Of a stretch of 64,000 bases of DNA, positions 27,607-37,312 are shown piece by piece. Below the pieces are notes generated by a model. It was not told the DNA's origin and did not search any database. It worked only from the letters and a program-made list of their open reading frames with translations. Origin of the DNA: Polyangiales bacterium (lineage in GTDB: Bacteria; Myxococcota_A; Polyangia; Polyangiales; Ga0077539); assembly GCA_044229975.1 (NCBI GenBank), contig JBGARZ010000001.1, positions 512,001 through 576,000 on the forward strand, written 5' to 3'. Within the stretch, counting starts at the first letter, position 1. The number at the start of each line of letters is the position of its first letter. The translations under genes were made by a program, and so were the position numbers.

Positions 27607-29559
27607 GTGGCGACGACCGCAGCCTGGGCCTCCCTCGCGCTCACCCTCTACCTGCTGCCGCACGCGGTGTTCGTGCTGTGGCTCCAGCGCTGGCGTCCCG
27701 CCGGTGCGTGGGCCCGCAGCCTCGACGTGGCCTCCGCCGTCGCGCTCGACCTGATGCTGGTGCTCGCCCTCTCGTGGCTCGTGCCCTTCGACCGCGCCGT
27801 GCTCGCCGTCCGGGCGCTCGCGCTCGTCGCGCTGCCGCTGGTGTTCGTGCGCGCGCCCAGGGCCCAGCCCCGCCCTCACCTCGCGGCCGTCGTCGCGCTG
27901 CTCGCGCTCGCCGCAGGTGTGGTCGCGCTCCACGTCACCCTCTCGTGGCGACTGGTGATGTGGGACCGCGACTGGCACATCACCATCGCGTCGGCCATCC
28001 GCACCTCGCGCCTGCCCTTCGAGAACGTCTTCCTCCCTACGACGCAGCTCCGCTACCACTACCTCGGCGACGCCCACGCCGCGATGCTCCAGGTGCTCTC
28101 GCTCGACCACCTGCACCCCGCGACGACCTTCTCCCTCGCCCACGACCTCTTCCTCTTCGGCGCCTCCGCGCTGCTCGTCGTGGCCGCCGCGTCGGCGGGC
28201 CTCAAGCCCTACGGTCTCGGCGACCCGAAGCTCTCCCTGAAGAGCCTCCTCGCGTGGCCCACGGCGCTCGCGCTCCCGCTGGCGCTGCTCTTCGCGAGCC
28301 CCTTCACGCTGGGCAACGTCCCCGCCGCCGAGCGCTTTACCACCCTCGACTCGGCGGCCCTGTGCGGGCACTCGTTCCTCGGCTTCACCACCCTCGCCTA
28401 TCGACCGCATGTGGTGATGGCGACCTTCTTCCTCGTGGCCATCGCGTCGTCGGTGCTGCGGCGCGCGCAACCCGACGCGGACGACACCGAGTCCCCCCGC
28501 AGCGCCCTCGTGCTGCTCGCCTCCGCCGCCGCGCTCGCGCTCCTCGACGAGGCCTCCCTCGCCCTCGTCGCAGGCGCCCTCGGCGTCACCTGGGTCTTCG
28601 TCCCACGCGCCATCCAGCCCACCCGCCTCCGCGGTCTGCTCGTCATCGTCGGCGTCGCCGCGGCGCTCCCGCTCATCAGCCGCGCCTTCGCCGGATCGCT
28701 CTCCCCGGGCGGCCCCGCCAACGTCGTCGAGGTCGTCGCCGCGCGGCACATCGCGCTCTTCTCGGGCGTCGTCCCCTTCGCCGAACGGACGCGCTTCCTC
28801 AAGGTCGCCGCCAACGACTGGCTGCCCTTCTACGCGACAGTCCTCGGCCTCGCCCTCACGGCGGCCTGGACGCGTCGTCGCGAGGCCGTCGCGGCCTTCG
28901 TGTTCGTCGGCTCGCTCACCGTCGCGGCGGTGCTCGCGTCACTCAAGATCGAGGTCAACCACGACCCAGGCGAGGGGCACCGCTTCCTCACGGCGGCCAT
29001 GGTGCTCACCGCGGCCGTCGGCGCATTCGTGGTGGGTGCACAGCGCGGCGCGTTCGTCGTGCGCGCGGCCCTCGCGGCGGCCCTCACGGCGAGCGCGCTC
29101 TCGGGCTGGGCGTGGAGCGGGAGCTTCCTGCGACAGCGGTTTCAGCCCAACAACATCCCGCGCGAGCGGGCGTGGGCGGGCGCGGCCGACCCCTTCGTGA
29201 TGGACTGCCACACGGACGTCGGAGCGCCCCGCCGCGAGCGGCCGCCGGTGGAGTACGTCGAGGCGCCCATCGCGGTGCGCTACACGGGCTGCGAGCGCGT
29301 TCGCCTGCCGGGGCGACCGTCGGTGTGGAGCCTCACGGTGGTGGGCCCGACCTTCGGCGGCGAGGCGCGGGCACAGCTCCGGCCCGCGCCCGAGGCCGAT
29401 CAGCCGCGCGCCGTGGTGTGCGGTCGCGACCCGGTGGGCCGTGAGCGCGTCTGCGCGTGGGCGCTGCGAACGCTTCGCTGCGCGGCGATCGGTGGTGGGG
29501 TGATGACTCGGTGTGAGCTCCCGCCGGAGCGGCGGGCGACGTTCTACGAGGAGCTGTAG
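27607..29559 (+). CDS. Polytopic membrane protein, possibly GT-C-fold
   Basis: More than 10 hydrophobic segments and a loop 'WDRDWH...PFENVFLP...LRYHYLGD'. Start GTG 27607 or ATG 27577. Confidence 0.65.
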   Translation: MATTAAWASLALTLYLLPHAVFVLWLQRWRPAGAWARSLDVASAVALDLMLVLALSWLVPFDRAVLAVRALALVALPLVFVRAPRAQPRPHLAAVVALLALAAGVVALHVTLSWRLVMWDRDWHITIASAIRTSRLPFENVFLPTTQLRYHYLGDAHAAMLQVLSLDHLHPATTFSLAHDLFLFGASALLVVAAASAGLKPYGLGDPKLSLKSLLAWPTALALPLALLFASPFTLGNVPAAERFTTLDSAALCGHSFLGFTTLAYRPHVVMATFFLVAIASSVLRRAQPDADDTESPRSALVLLASAAALALLDEASLALVAGALGVTWVFVPRAIQPTRLRGLLVIVGVAAALPLISRAFAGSLSPGGPANVVEVVAARHIALFSGVVPFAERTRFLKVAANDWLPFYATVLGLALTAAWTRRREAVAAFVFVGSLTVAAVLASLKIEVNHDPGEGHRFLTAAMVLTAAVGAFVVGAQRGAFVVRAALAAALTASALSGWAWSGSFLRQRFQPNNIPRERAWAGAADPFVMDCHTDVGAPRRERPPVEYVEAPIAVRYTGCERVRLPGRPSVWSLTVVGPTFGGEARAQLRPAPEADQPRAVVCGRDPVGRERVCAWALRTLRCAAIGGGVMTRCELPPERRATFYEEL

Positions 29560-29572
29560 AGCGGAGGGTCGG

Positions 29573-30424
29573 TCAGCGCGGGCAGGTGCCGCCCGCGAGC
29601 GGGTCGGTGTTGAATCCGGGCGGCGAGCAGAAGGGGTTGGATCCCGAGCAGAGGCGGCAGTCGACGTTGAAGTCCTGTCCGAGGCGGCAGGCGCCGGCGC
29701 CGCCGAGCGCGTTGCCGCCGCGGCAGTCAGGGCCGCGGTAGAGCGAATCGGGCGCGTCGGAGTCCGGCGGGAAGTTGATGAGCCCGCCGCAGGTGACCCT
29801 CACCGGAAACAAGAACGGCGTGGACTCGACGCCGTTTTGCCCGAGGGACTCACCGAAGGCCGTGAGCTTCACGATGATGCGCCGATCGGCCGACTCGTAC
29901 CGCGGCACCGGACACTCCGCGGTGGTCGGCACCGAGGTGTTGACGCGGCAGACCACGGGCTTGAGCGCGGCGACGATCTGGGGCGGAATCACCTCGATGG
30001 TGCCGACGCCGTAGCCCGGGGTGCCGGCGGCGAGGGACGGGGGCACCGCGATGTTCTGGTAGACCGAGAACGCCGGCTGGATGAGCGTGCCGTCGGGAGA
30101 GCCTTCGCGGAGCTCGACGACGAAACCCTGGACGTTGAGGAAGTTCGTCTCCGGGCGCCGCTGATCCATGTTGGCGGTGGTGATCAGTTGGTTGGCGAGG
30201 AGGGGCGAGACGACGTAGTTCGGTGCCAACGCCACGTCGAGCACGCCGCCGGGAATGAAGGGGGCGGACGGGTCATTGGTGACTCCGCATCCGGTCCCGG
30301 ACACCACCGGCGCCTGGATCTGCCGAATGAACAACGACACGGTGTTGTCGACGCAACCCATCAAGGTCGAGCCGAGGACGAGCGCACCGAGCAGGGGTCG
30401 CGACGCGTTGGACCAGTTCCACAT
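29573..30424 (-). CDS. Cys-rich hypothetical lipoprotein
   Basis: Lipobox 'LMGC' after a hydrophobic stretch; TATCAT box 6 nt before ATG at 30424; Cys-rich C-terminus. Confidence 0.7.
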   Translation of the reverse strand: MWNWSNASRPLLGALVLGSTLMGCVDNTVSLFIRQIQAPVVSGTGCGVTNDPSAPFIPGGVLDVALAPNYVVSPLLANQLITTANMDQRRPETNFLNVQGFVVELREGSPDGTLIQPAFSVYQNIAVPPSLAAGTPGYGVGTIEVIPPQIVAALKPVVCRVNTSVPTTAECPVPRYESADRRIIVKLTAFGESLGQNGVESTPFLFPVRVTCGGLINFPPDSDAPDSLYRGPDCRGGNALGGAGACRLGQDFNVDCRLCSGSNPFCSPPGFNTDPLAGGTCPR

Positions 30425-30453
30425 GCGCCGATGATAGGGCAGCCCAAGGAGCG

Positions 30454-32016
30454 CTACCGAATTTCGTTCACCTTCCGGAGGACGCGCGTCACTTCCGCGG
30501 TCGGGACGGCGCACATCACCCCCTGCCCGGGCCCCGTCGGCAGGGCCACGCGCAGCGCCGATCCCTCGCGCTTTTTGTCGTAGATCAAAGCGTTTTTCGC
30601 GCTCGCGCGGTCGGCCTTGACGTACCGCGCGAGCCCCAGCGTGTCCATCAGCCCCTCGACCCTCCGTCGGAGCTCTCGCGGCGTCACCCCGAGCGCCTCG
30701 CCGAGACCGAGCTCGGCCCGCATCCCGGCCGCCACACAGTCCCCGTGCAGCGCGCGGTACGCGGCTCCGACCTCCAGCGCATGGCCGACGGTGTGCCCGA
30801 AGTTGAGCAGCCCCCGCACGCCCGCCTCGCGCTCGTCCTGCGCCACGACATCGATCTTCGCCTGCACCGCGCGGCGCACCATGTCCTCGATCACGTTGCC
30901 GGTCAGCAGCGCCTCGGTGTCCGGTCGTCCGCGCAACGCATCGGTGTGCGCTTCGAGCCACTCCAGCAGCGAGGCATCGCAGACCGCGGCGATCTTCACG
31001 ACCTCGGCGAGCGCCGCCCGGTAGTGGCGCGCCGGGAGCGTCGAGAGCGTGAGCGGATCGATCCACACCAGCGACGGCTGGTGAAAGGCGCCGACGAGGT
31101 TCTTGCCGATGGGGAGGTCAACGCCCGTCTTCCCTCCGACCGCCGCGTCGACCATGGCCAGCAGGCTCGTCGGCAGCGAGATGTACCGCACGCCGCGCAA
31201 CCACGTCGCCGCGGCGAACCCGCCGATGTCGGTCACCACACCGCCGCCCACGCACGCGATGACGTCGCCGCGATCGGCACCGCGCAACCCGACTGCTTCC
31301 CACACCCGCGCGACCGAGCGCAGCGTCTTGCTCCGCTCACCGGGTCGCAACTTCACGTTCGCGGTGTTCCAGGCTGCCCCTTGCGACACCACAACGCCCC
31401 AACGAGGGAAGACGTTGGCGTCCGTCACCATCACCGAGGGACGCACCGGCTCGTCGCGGAGTCCCTTGAAAGACTCCACGTGCACCCGATAGCTCTGCTC
31501 GCCCAACGGCATCACCAGCGGCAACGCCCTCGTCGCGAGCGCCACCACCCGCGCCGCGACCGCCGCCACATCACCGCTCGCGTCGAGGCTCGCGTGCGCC
31601 TCGGCGTACGCCGCGCGTCGCCCGGCGAGCAGCGCCTCCAGCGAGGTCTCCTTCAACAACGGACGCACGACCCCCAACGCGAGCCGTCCGCGCAACGTCT
31701 CGACCGACGCCCGCAACGTGATCACCCGCGCGCGTCGCAGCGCCTCGTGCCGCAGCGTCCGGTCGACCAGCGCGCCACCGCCGACGGCGATCACCACGCG
31801 CTCTCCATCGAGCGCCGAGCGCAGCACCCGCGCCTCTCGCGCGCGGAAGCCCACCTCCCCTTCACGCGCGAAGACCTCCGCGACGCTCGTCCCCGCGTCG
31901 CGCTCGACCTCCGCGTCGAGGTCGACGAAGCGCCATCCCAGCAGTCGCGCGACCTCCGCGCCGACCGTGCTCTTGCCCACTCCCGGTGGTCCGGAGAGCA
32001 CGCAACGCGAGGCCAC
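30454..32016 (-). CDS. aroB: Bifunctional shikimate kinase / 3-dehydroquinate synthase (AroK-AroB fusion)
   Basis: AroK part: GPPGVGKST, 'FVDLD', 'GEVGFRARE', 'GGG'. AroB part: 'GGGVVTDIGGF', 'PTSLLAMVDAAVGGKTG', 'KNLVGAFHQP', 'LNFGHTVGHALE'. Confidence 0.92.
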   Translation of the reverse strand: MASRCVLSGPPGVGKSTVGAEVARLLGWRFVDLDAEVERDAGTSVAEVFAREGEVGFRAREARVLRSALDGERVVIAVGGGALVDRTLRHEALRRARVITLRASVETLRGRLALGVVRPLLKETSLEALLAGRRAAYAEAHASLDASGDVAAVAARVVALATRALPLVMPLGEQSYRVHVESFKGLRDEPVRPSVMVTDANVFPRWGVVVSQGAAWNTANVKLRPGERSKTLRSVARVWEAVGLRGADRGDVIACVGGGVVTDIGGFAAATWLRGVRYISLPTSLLAMVDAAVGGKTGVDLPIGKNLVGAFHQPSLVWIDPLTLSTLPARHYRAALAEVVKIAAVCDASLLEWLEAHTDALRGRPDTEALLTGNVIEDMVRRAVQAKIDVVAQDEREAGVRGLLNFGHTVGHALEVGAAYRALHGDCVAAGMRAELGLGEALGVTPRELRRRVEGLMDTLGLARYVKADRASAKNALIYDKKREGSALRVALPTGPGQGVMCAVPTAEVTRVLRKVNEIR

Positions 32017-32020
32017 GCCG

Positions 32021-33196
32021 TCAGCGCGCCGCGAGCTGCTCACGGTATCCGCCAAGGTTGCGCAGAAGCTCTCGCATCGAGTCACCCGCAAACTTCTCCA
32101 GCATGGCGTCGGCGAGCGTGAGGCACACCATGGCTTCGAGGACGACGCCCGCCGCGGGCACCGCACACACGTCACTGCGCTCGGTGTTGGCCGGCGACGG
32201 TTCGTGGGTGAGAACGTTCACCGACCCCATGGGCCGACGCAGCGTCGAGATGGGCTTCATCGCGGCGCGCAGCACCACCGGTTCGCCGTTGGTCACGCCG
32301 CCTTCCACGCCACCCGCGCGGTTGCTCGTCCTCGCGTACGCACCCTCGCGGTGCTCGATGGCGTCGTGCACGGCCGACCCGCGCAGCGACGCCGCGGCCC
32401 ACCCCTCGCCCAGCTCCACGGCCTTGATCGCCTGCACCGACATCGCAGCCTGCGCGAGCCGTCCGTCGAGCCGACGGTCCCACTGCGCGTAGCTGCCGAG
32501 GCCCACCACGACGCCCACCGCCGCGACCTCGATCACCCCGCCCAGCGTGTCGCCCGCGTGCGACGTCGCCAGGATCTCCGCCCGCATCGCCGCCTCCGCC
32601 GCTTCGTCGAGCACGCGCAGCGACGACGCCTCCAGCCGATCGGCCAGCTCACCGTCCGGCACCCACGCGCGCGCATCGGCCTCCGCCCCATCGCGAACGC
32701 TCCCGATGGACACCACCCGCGAGCGCACCACCACACCGCACGCCGCGAGGAGCTTGCGCGCCACCGCCCCGCACGCCACGCGCGCCGCCGTCTCCCGCGC
32801 GCTCGCTCGTTCGAGCACATCGCGCACGTCGTGGCGGTCGTACTTGAGCAGCCCCGCGAGGTCGGCGTGTCCGGGCCGCGGCGTGGTCACCGGCTCGGGC
32901 GGCGACACGAAGGGCTCTGGTCCCATGCGCCCCTGCCAGTTGGCGTAGTCGCGGTTGTCGATGCGGAGCGCGATGGGCGAGCCGAGGGTCTCTCCGCCGC
33001 GAACACCCGCGTCGAGGCGCGCGGTGTCGTGCTCGATCTTCATGCGACCGCCGCGGCCGTAGCCGCGCTGCCGACGAGCGAGGTCGCGGTCGACGTCGGC
33101 GGCGACGAGCGCGAGGCCCGCCGGGACGCCGTCGATGAGCGCCAGGAGCGACGGGCCGTGGGACTCGCCCGCGGTGGTCCAGCGAAGGTGGGTCAT
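32021..33196 (-). CDS. aroC: Chorismate synthase
   Basis: 'TAGESHGP', 'RRQRGYGRGGRM', 'PRPGHADL', 'ERASARETA', 'MKPISTL', 'ERSDVCAVP'. Confidence 0.97.
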   Translation of the reverse strand: MTHLRWTTAGESHGPSLLALIDGVPAGLALVAADVDRDLARRQRGYGRGGRMKIEHDTARLDAGVRGGETLGSPIALRIDNRDYANWQGRMGPEPFVSPPEPVTTPRPGHADLAGLLKYDRHDVRDVLERASARETAARVACGAVARKLLAACGVVVRSRVVSIGSVRDGAEADARAWVPDGELADRLEASSLRVLDEAAEAAMRAEILATSHAGDTLGGVIEVAAVGVVVGLGSYAQWDRRLDGRLAQAAMSVQAIKAVELGEGWAAASLRGSAVHDAIEHREGAYARTSNRAGGVEGGVTNGEPVVLRAAMKPISTLRRPMGSVNVLTHEPSPANTERSDVCAVPAAGVVLEAMVCLTLADAMLEKFAGDSMRELLRNLGGYREQLAAR

Positions 33197-33256
33197 CAGG
33201 GCTGTAGGGGGAGGATAGAGAGGCGGAGGCGGGGGAGAGTCAACCGTCGGGGCGGT

Positions 33257-34849
33257 TCAGCGCCCGAGGGACTCTGCGCGGTTCACGATGCGGGGCGTGA
33301 TGAAGATGAGCAGCTCGGTGCGGCGGTCGCTCTGGCGGCGGCGCTGGAAGAGCACGCCGAGGATCGGGATGTCGCCGAGCAGCGGGACGCCTTCCACGTT
33401 GCGACCGGTGTTGCGGGTGTAGATGCCGCCGATGACCGCGGTGCGCCCGTCCTGGATGAGCAGGTCGGTCTCGGCCTCGCGGCGCAGAATCGTGGGGTCA
33501 CCACGCGCGCCGGTGTTGTTGAAGTCCGGCTCGTCGCGGTTGACGCGAACGTGCAGCGAGATCGACCCGTCGGCCGTGACGTGCGGACGCACGCGGAGCT
33601 GGAGCTTGGCCTCCTGGAAGGCCGTCTGGATACCGGCGGCGCTCACCTGCGAGTAGGGGATGAGGGTTCCCTGCGCGATGGTCGCCTCGCGGTTGTCGAG
33701 GGTCAGGATGCGCGGCGAGCTCACGATGCGGAGCACGCCGGTGCTCTCGGCGGCCGAGAGGCGCACGTTGAGGTTGAGCGCGCGGCCGATGGAGCCGAGC
33801 GTGAAGCCGAGCGCACCACCGGAGCCACCGCCGGTCGCGGCCGGAAGGTTCACCGCGAAGTTGGGGTTGGTCACGCGGGCTTGCGTGGCCGACAGACCGC
33901 CCGTCGGGGAGTTCACGTCGCTCGCGCCGCCGACGACCGCGATGTCGCTCGGGAAGCTGAGGCCCGTGGGGTTGCCGGTCGCGGCGAGGAAGCCGAGATC
34001 ACCGCCCCACTGGATGCCGACGTCGCGCGAGAAGGTGCTCGTGGCCTCGACGATGCGCGCCTCGACGAGCACCTGCGGGGTCTGCGTGTCGAGCGAGCGA
34101 ACGAGCTGCTCGACCTGGTTGAGCGAGCCCGCCACGTCGCGGACGATGAGCATGTTGGTGCGCTCGTCGACCGAGAGGGTGCCGCGGGAGGTGAGCAGCT
34201 CGCGAGCGCGAGGAGCGACCTCGCCGCCGAGGGCGTAGCTCACCGGGATGAGCCGCGTCTCGAGGGGTTCGAGGGCGATGTTCTGCTTGGCGCGCTCGAT
34301 GGCGAGCTCGCGCTCCTTGTCGAGCACCGACTGCGGCGCGATGCGGATGATGTTTCCGTCGCGCTGCATGCCGAGCGAGCGGGCCGCGAGGATCACCTCC
34401 AACGCACGGTCCCAGGGGACGTTGTGCATGCGGATGGTGACGTTGCCGGCCACGTCGTCGGAGGTGACGATGTTGACGTTGCCGACCTCCGCGAGGAGGC
34501 GCAGCACGTTGTGGATGTCCGCATCGCGCAGGTCGATGTCGATGCGACGCCCGGTGCCCGGGGTCTGCCCCCGCGCTCCGTTGATCTGCATCGGGACGGT
34601 GGAGAGGAACCCCGCCTCGTCAGCCTGCGCCCCCGCGACGACCTCCGCGGACTCGCGCGCCACCACTCGGGAGGCTGGGCGAATCGGCGGCGGACCGTCC
34701 GACGGCAGCTGCTGCGCTGCGGAAGTGCGCGGCGCTACGAGCGCAGCGACGAGCATGAAAAGGGGCCCGGCGAAGCGCCACGGGAGCGCGCGTGCTTGCC
34801 GGGGGCCATCAGACCGCTTGGTACGGAGCCGGTTCATCCAGGACCTCAC
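33257..34849 (-). CDS. pilQ: Type IV pilus secretin PilQ (short, no AMIN domains)
   Basis: N0 'RIDIDLRDADIHNVLRLLA..VPWDRAL', 'SVDERTNMLIV', 'QVLVEARIVE', 'VPLLGDIPILGVLF', 'ELLIFITPRI'. Start uncertain (34849, 34837 or 34756). Confidence 0.95.
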   Translation of the reverse strand: MRSWMNRLRTKRSDGPRQARALPWRFAGPLFMLVAALVAPRTSAAQQLPSDGPPPIRPASRVVARESAEVVAGAQADEAGFLSTVPMQINGARGQTPGTGRRIDIDLRDADIHNVLRLLAEVGNVNIVTSDDVAGNVTIRMHNVPWDRALEVILAARSLGMQRDGNIIRIAPQSVLDKERELAIERAKQNIALEPLETRLIPVSYALGGEVAPRARELLTSRGTLSVDERTNMLIVRDVAGSLNQVEQLVRSLDTQTPQVLVEARIVEATSTFSRDVGIQWGGDLGFLAATGNPTGLSFPSDIAVVGGASDVNSPTGGLSATQARVTNPNFAVNLPAATGGGSGGALGFTLGSIGRALNLNVRLSAAESTGVLRIVSSPRILTLDNREATIAQGTLIPYSQVSAAGIQTAFQEAKLQLRVRPHVTADGSISLHVRVNRDEPDFNNTGARGDPTILRREAETDLLIQDGRTAVIGGIYTRNTGRNVEGVPLLGDIPILGVLFQRRRQSDRRTELLIFITPRIVNRAESLGR

Positions 34850-35054
34850 TCAGGGTTCGCCCTGACGCTAACGGAGTCGCGCGGAGTAGCCCGCATTTCG
34901 TGCAAAAATTCTGCTTCTCGGAGCTCCGCACCGCCCTCCCCCGCGGGCGCAGCGGCCCCTCGGAGAGCCCACTTCCTGCGAGCAGGAAGGGGAGCTCTCT
35001 CTGGAGGACGATGCGGTTGATTCGCGGGAGAGGTGATGGGTGCGGTGGGGACGT

Positions 35055-35996
35055 TCAGCGCAGCGGCGACTCTCCGCCCGTCGTGACGATGGGCGGCGGG
35101 GTCGTCGGGAGCGGCACCAGCGTCGGCCCGGCGGGCGGAGCCGCGGGGGCCGGAGGCTGCTGCACGATCACCGTGGTGGTCGTGGTCGGCGGCTGTTGAC
35201 CGCCCTGGCCCGGGATGCCGCGCGCCTGACCCGGACCGGCCGAAGCCGACGGGACACTCGAGGGCAGGAAGCTCGGCGTCGGACCGCCCACACCCGGGAT
35301 GGGCATCCCGAGGGCGGAGCCCACCGACGGCGGGGGCTGCGACTGCGAGCTGGTGACGCCCGCGGACGTCATGGCCACCGCACGCTCGACGACCTGCGCG
35401 TTGGGGTTGAGCGGATCTTCGCGCTCGAAGACCACCTCGGCGGGGATCTCCGCGAGCACGCCATCGGGCGAGCGGCGGAGGCGAGCCGGGCTGATGCGCG
35501 CGACGCGCCAGTGCACGGCGTAGTCGGTGCGGCCCTCCTGGTTCGACCGGATGATCTCCTGTCGACCCACGTACATGCCGCGGCGGAGGATGGTCCCGGT
35601 GTTGGTCGGGTCCTTCACCATGGCGTACGGGCTGTCGGTGCCCAGCACGATGGCGACGAGGCGGAGCTCGTCGAGGGAGAAGCGCGGCAGCACCACGGCG
35701 CGTGAGTCCGTCGTCGTGATGATGTCGATGCGGTTGCTGAAGCGCCGGAACGGGTCGCGCACGCTCGGGCTCTCCACGAACGACTGGTCGGTCACCGCGA
35801 TGGCGGGGGGACCAGCGTCGGACTGGTTGGGCGAGCCCGGGGTCCGGCCGTTGCGGGCGTTGTTGCTCCCCGTGCGCGCGGTGCTGTTGGCCGCCGGAGG
35901 CGCCGGGGCCGGGGGTGGCGGCGGGTCGTCACACCCGGCCGCGCCGAGCGCGAGGCACAGGGCCCACGCCGCGTCACGTCGTTGCCAGCGCTTCAT
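35055..35996 (-). CDS. pilP: Type IV pilus lipoprotein PilP with Pro-rich C-terminal extension
   Basis: Lipobox 'AAGC', 'RDPF', 'FSLDELRLVAIV...AMVKDP..G..LRRGMYVG'; lies between pilO and pilQ. Confidence 0.85.
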   Translation of the reverse strand: MKRWQRRDAAWALCLALGAAGCDDPPPPPAPAPPAANSTARTGSNNARNGRTPGSPNQSDAGPPAIAVTDQSFVESPSVRDPFRRFSNRIDIITTTDSRAVVLPRFSLDELRLVAIVLGTDSPYAMVKDPTNTGTILRRGMYVGRQEIIRSNQEGRTDYAVHWRVARISPARLRRSPDGVLAEIPAEVVFEREDPLNPNAQVVERAVAMTSAGVTSSQSQPPPSVGSALGMPIPGVGGPTPSFLPSSVPSASAGPGQARGIPGQGGQQPPTTTTTVIVQQPPAPAAPPAGPTLVPLPTTPPPIVTTGGESPLR

Positions 35997-36646
35997 CGCG
36001 CACCTCCGGGGGCCGCCGGGGCCGCAGCGCCAGCGGGACGGGCCGCGGCGGGGGCCGGGGTCACGACGCCGCGGAAGGTCGTCGCGAGCATGGTCGCCGA
36101 CAAGAGCATGTCGTGCGTGTTGGGGTCTTCCGTCGGGGTCGCCAGCTTGATGTTCTCCATGTTGATCACGCGGGGGAGCTGCGACACCGAGTGGAAGAAC
36201 CGCGCGAGCGAGAGGTAGGTGCCGTTGACCTGCATCTGCACCGGGATGCGCGCGAAGTAGCGCTCGACCCGCTCGTCCACCGGCTGGATGAGCCGGATGG
36301 AGAGGCCGCTCGCCTCCGCGAGCGCGTTGATGCTCCGCATGAACCCGGGGATGTCCGGGTCGTTGGGGAGCACGGACTCCAGCGACTGCGCGTGCACCCG
36401 CGCGCGGGCGAGCTCGGCCACGTCGGTGTTGTACCGACGCAGGTTCTGCTCCTCCCTCAACCGCGAGGCCGCGAGCTCGGTGCGACGGGCCTCCTGCTGG
36501 GCCTTGTCCTGCGCCAGCGGGTCATACAAGAGGAAGTAATACCCGGCGAGCACGCCGATGACCGCGATGACCCAGACGACGACGAGCACCACCGTCTGGT
36601 TGACGCCGCCGAGGCTGACGCCGCCGCCACTCTTCTTGGCTGCCAT
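35993..36646 (-). CDS. pilO: Type IV pilus protein PilO
   Basis: TM, coiled coil, 'LP..DIPGFM', 'IPVQMQVNGTY..FF..VSQLPRVIN'. Confidence 0.9.
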   Translation of the reverse strand: MAAKKSGGGVSLGGVNQTVVLVVVWVIAVIGVLAGYYFLLYDPLAQDKAQQEARRTELAASRLREEQNLRRYNTDVAELARARVHAQSLESVLPNDPDIPGFMRSINALAEASGLSIRLIQPVDERVERYFARIPVQMQVNGTYLSLARFFHSVSQLPRVINMENIKLATPTEDPNTHDMLLSATMLATTFRGVVTPAPAAARPAGAAAPAAPGGAR

Positions 36647-36647
36647 G

Positions 36648-37298
36648 TCAGTACCTCACCCGGGCGCTGATGGTGAACTGCTGCACCGGCAGGCCGTTGG
36701 TCGCCGTCATCGCAGCAGCGCGCTCCAGGCGAACGTTCTGGAAGTAGAGGCTGAGCTGCATCCTGCGCATGGCCTCACCGACGTCGTCGGCGGTGCGGCC
36801 CTCGCCCTGGATCTTCACGTTGCGGTTCTCCTCGTCAAAGGCCGTGAGCCAGAGACGCTTGGTGTCCCAGGTCGCGCTCCAGAGCTGGTCGCGCAGGCCG
36901 CGGGCTCGGAGCGACTCGACCACCGTGGGGTCGGCCGTCGGCGCGCCGCCCGTGGTGAGGATGTGCGAGATCTCCAACAGCATGGAGGTGGGGCCCGTGC
37001 GGGCCGCCTGGAGCTGCTGGATCGCCTCTTCGCGGCGGTGGATCTCGGCGAGCTCGTCGAGGATCTTCTGGTGATCCGCGACGCGGCCCTTGATGGCGTC
37101 GATCTCGCTCGACGTCCGGCTGTTGGCCGAGCGGATCGCATCCACCTCGCTCGCCTGCGACGTGTGGAACAGGAAGAGCCCGCTGAGCAGCAGCACCAGC
37201 GACCCGATGACGCCGACCAGCAACAGGTTCGGGATGCCACCCGCGAAGCCCGACGGCTTGGTGGTGGCCCTGTCTGGCAGTAGGTTGATTTTCAACAT
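36648..37298 (-). CDS. pilN: Type IV pilus protein PilN
   Basis: N-terminal 'INLLP' PilM-binding motif, TM, coiled coil, 'LWLT'. Confidence 0.92.
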   Translation of the reverse strand: MLKINLLPDRATTKPSGFAGGIPNLLLVGVIGSLVLLLSGLFLFHTSQASEVDAIRSANSRTSSEIDAIKGRVADHQKILDELAEIHRREEAIQQLQAARTGPTSMLLEISHILTTGGAPTADPTVVESLRARGLRDQLWSATWDTKRLWLTAFDEENRNVKIQGEGRTADDVGEAMRRMQLSLYFQNVRLERAAAMTATNGLPVQQFTISARVRY

Positions 37299-37312
37299 CG
37301 TCGTGGGTCCTC

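Noticed and set aside
24774..29444. 1556-aa + strand ORF
   Set aside because: It is a shadow frame over glgC, the methyltransferase and the membrane protein with Arg/Ala/Pro-rich nonsense; only 26058-26648 (PAS kinase fragment) is real coding sequence.
34895..34915. Sigma54-like promoter upstream of pilQ (TTGCACGAAATGC on the minus strand)
   Set aside because: It lacks the invariant GG at -24 and the GG-N10-GC spacing.
31718..35020. 1100-aa + strand ORF, and similar long ORFs such as 6350-8998, 1833-4427, 44459-46834 and 58260-60491
   Set aside because: They are antisense to well-supported genes; stop-poor opposite frames are expected at this GC content.
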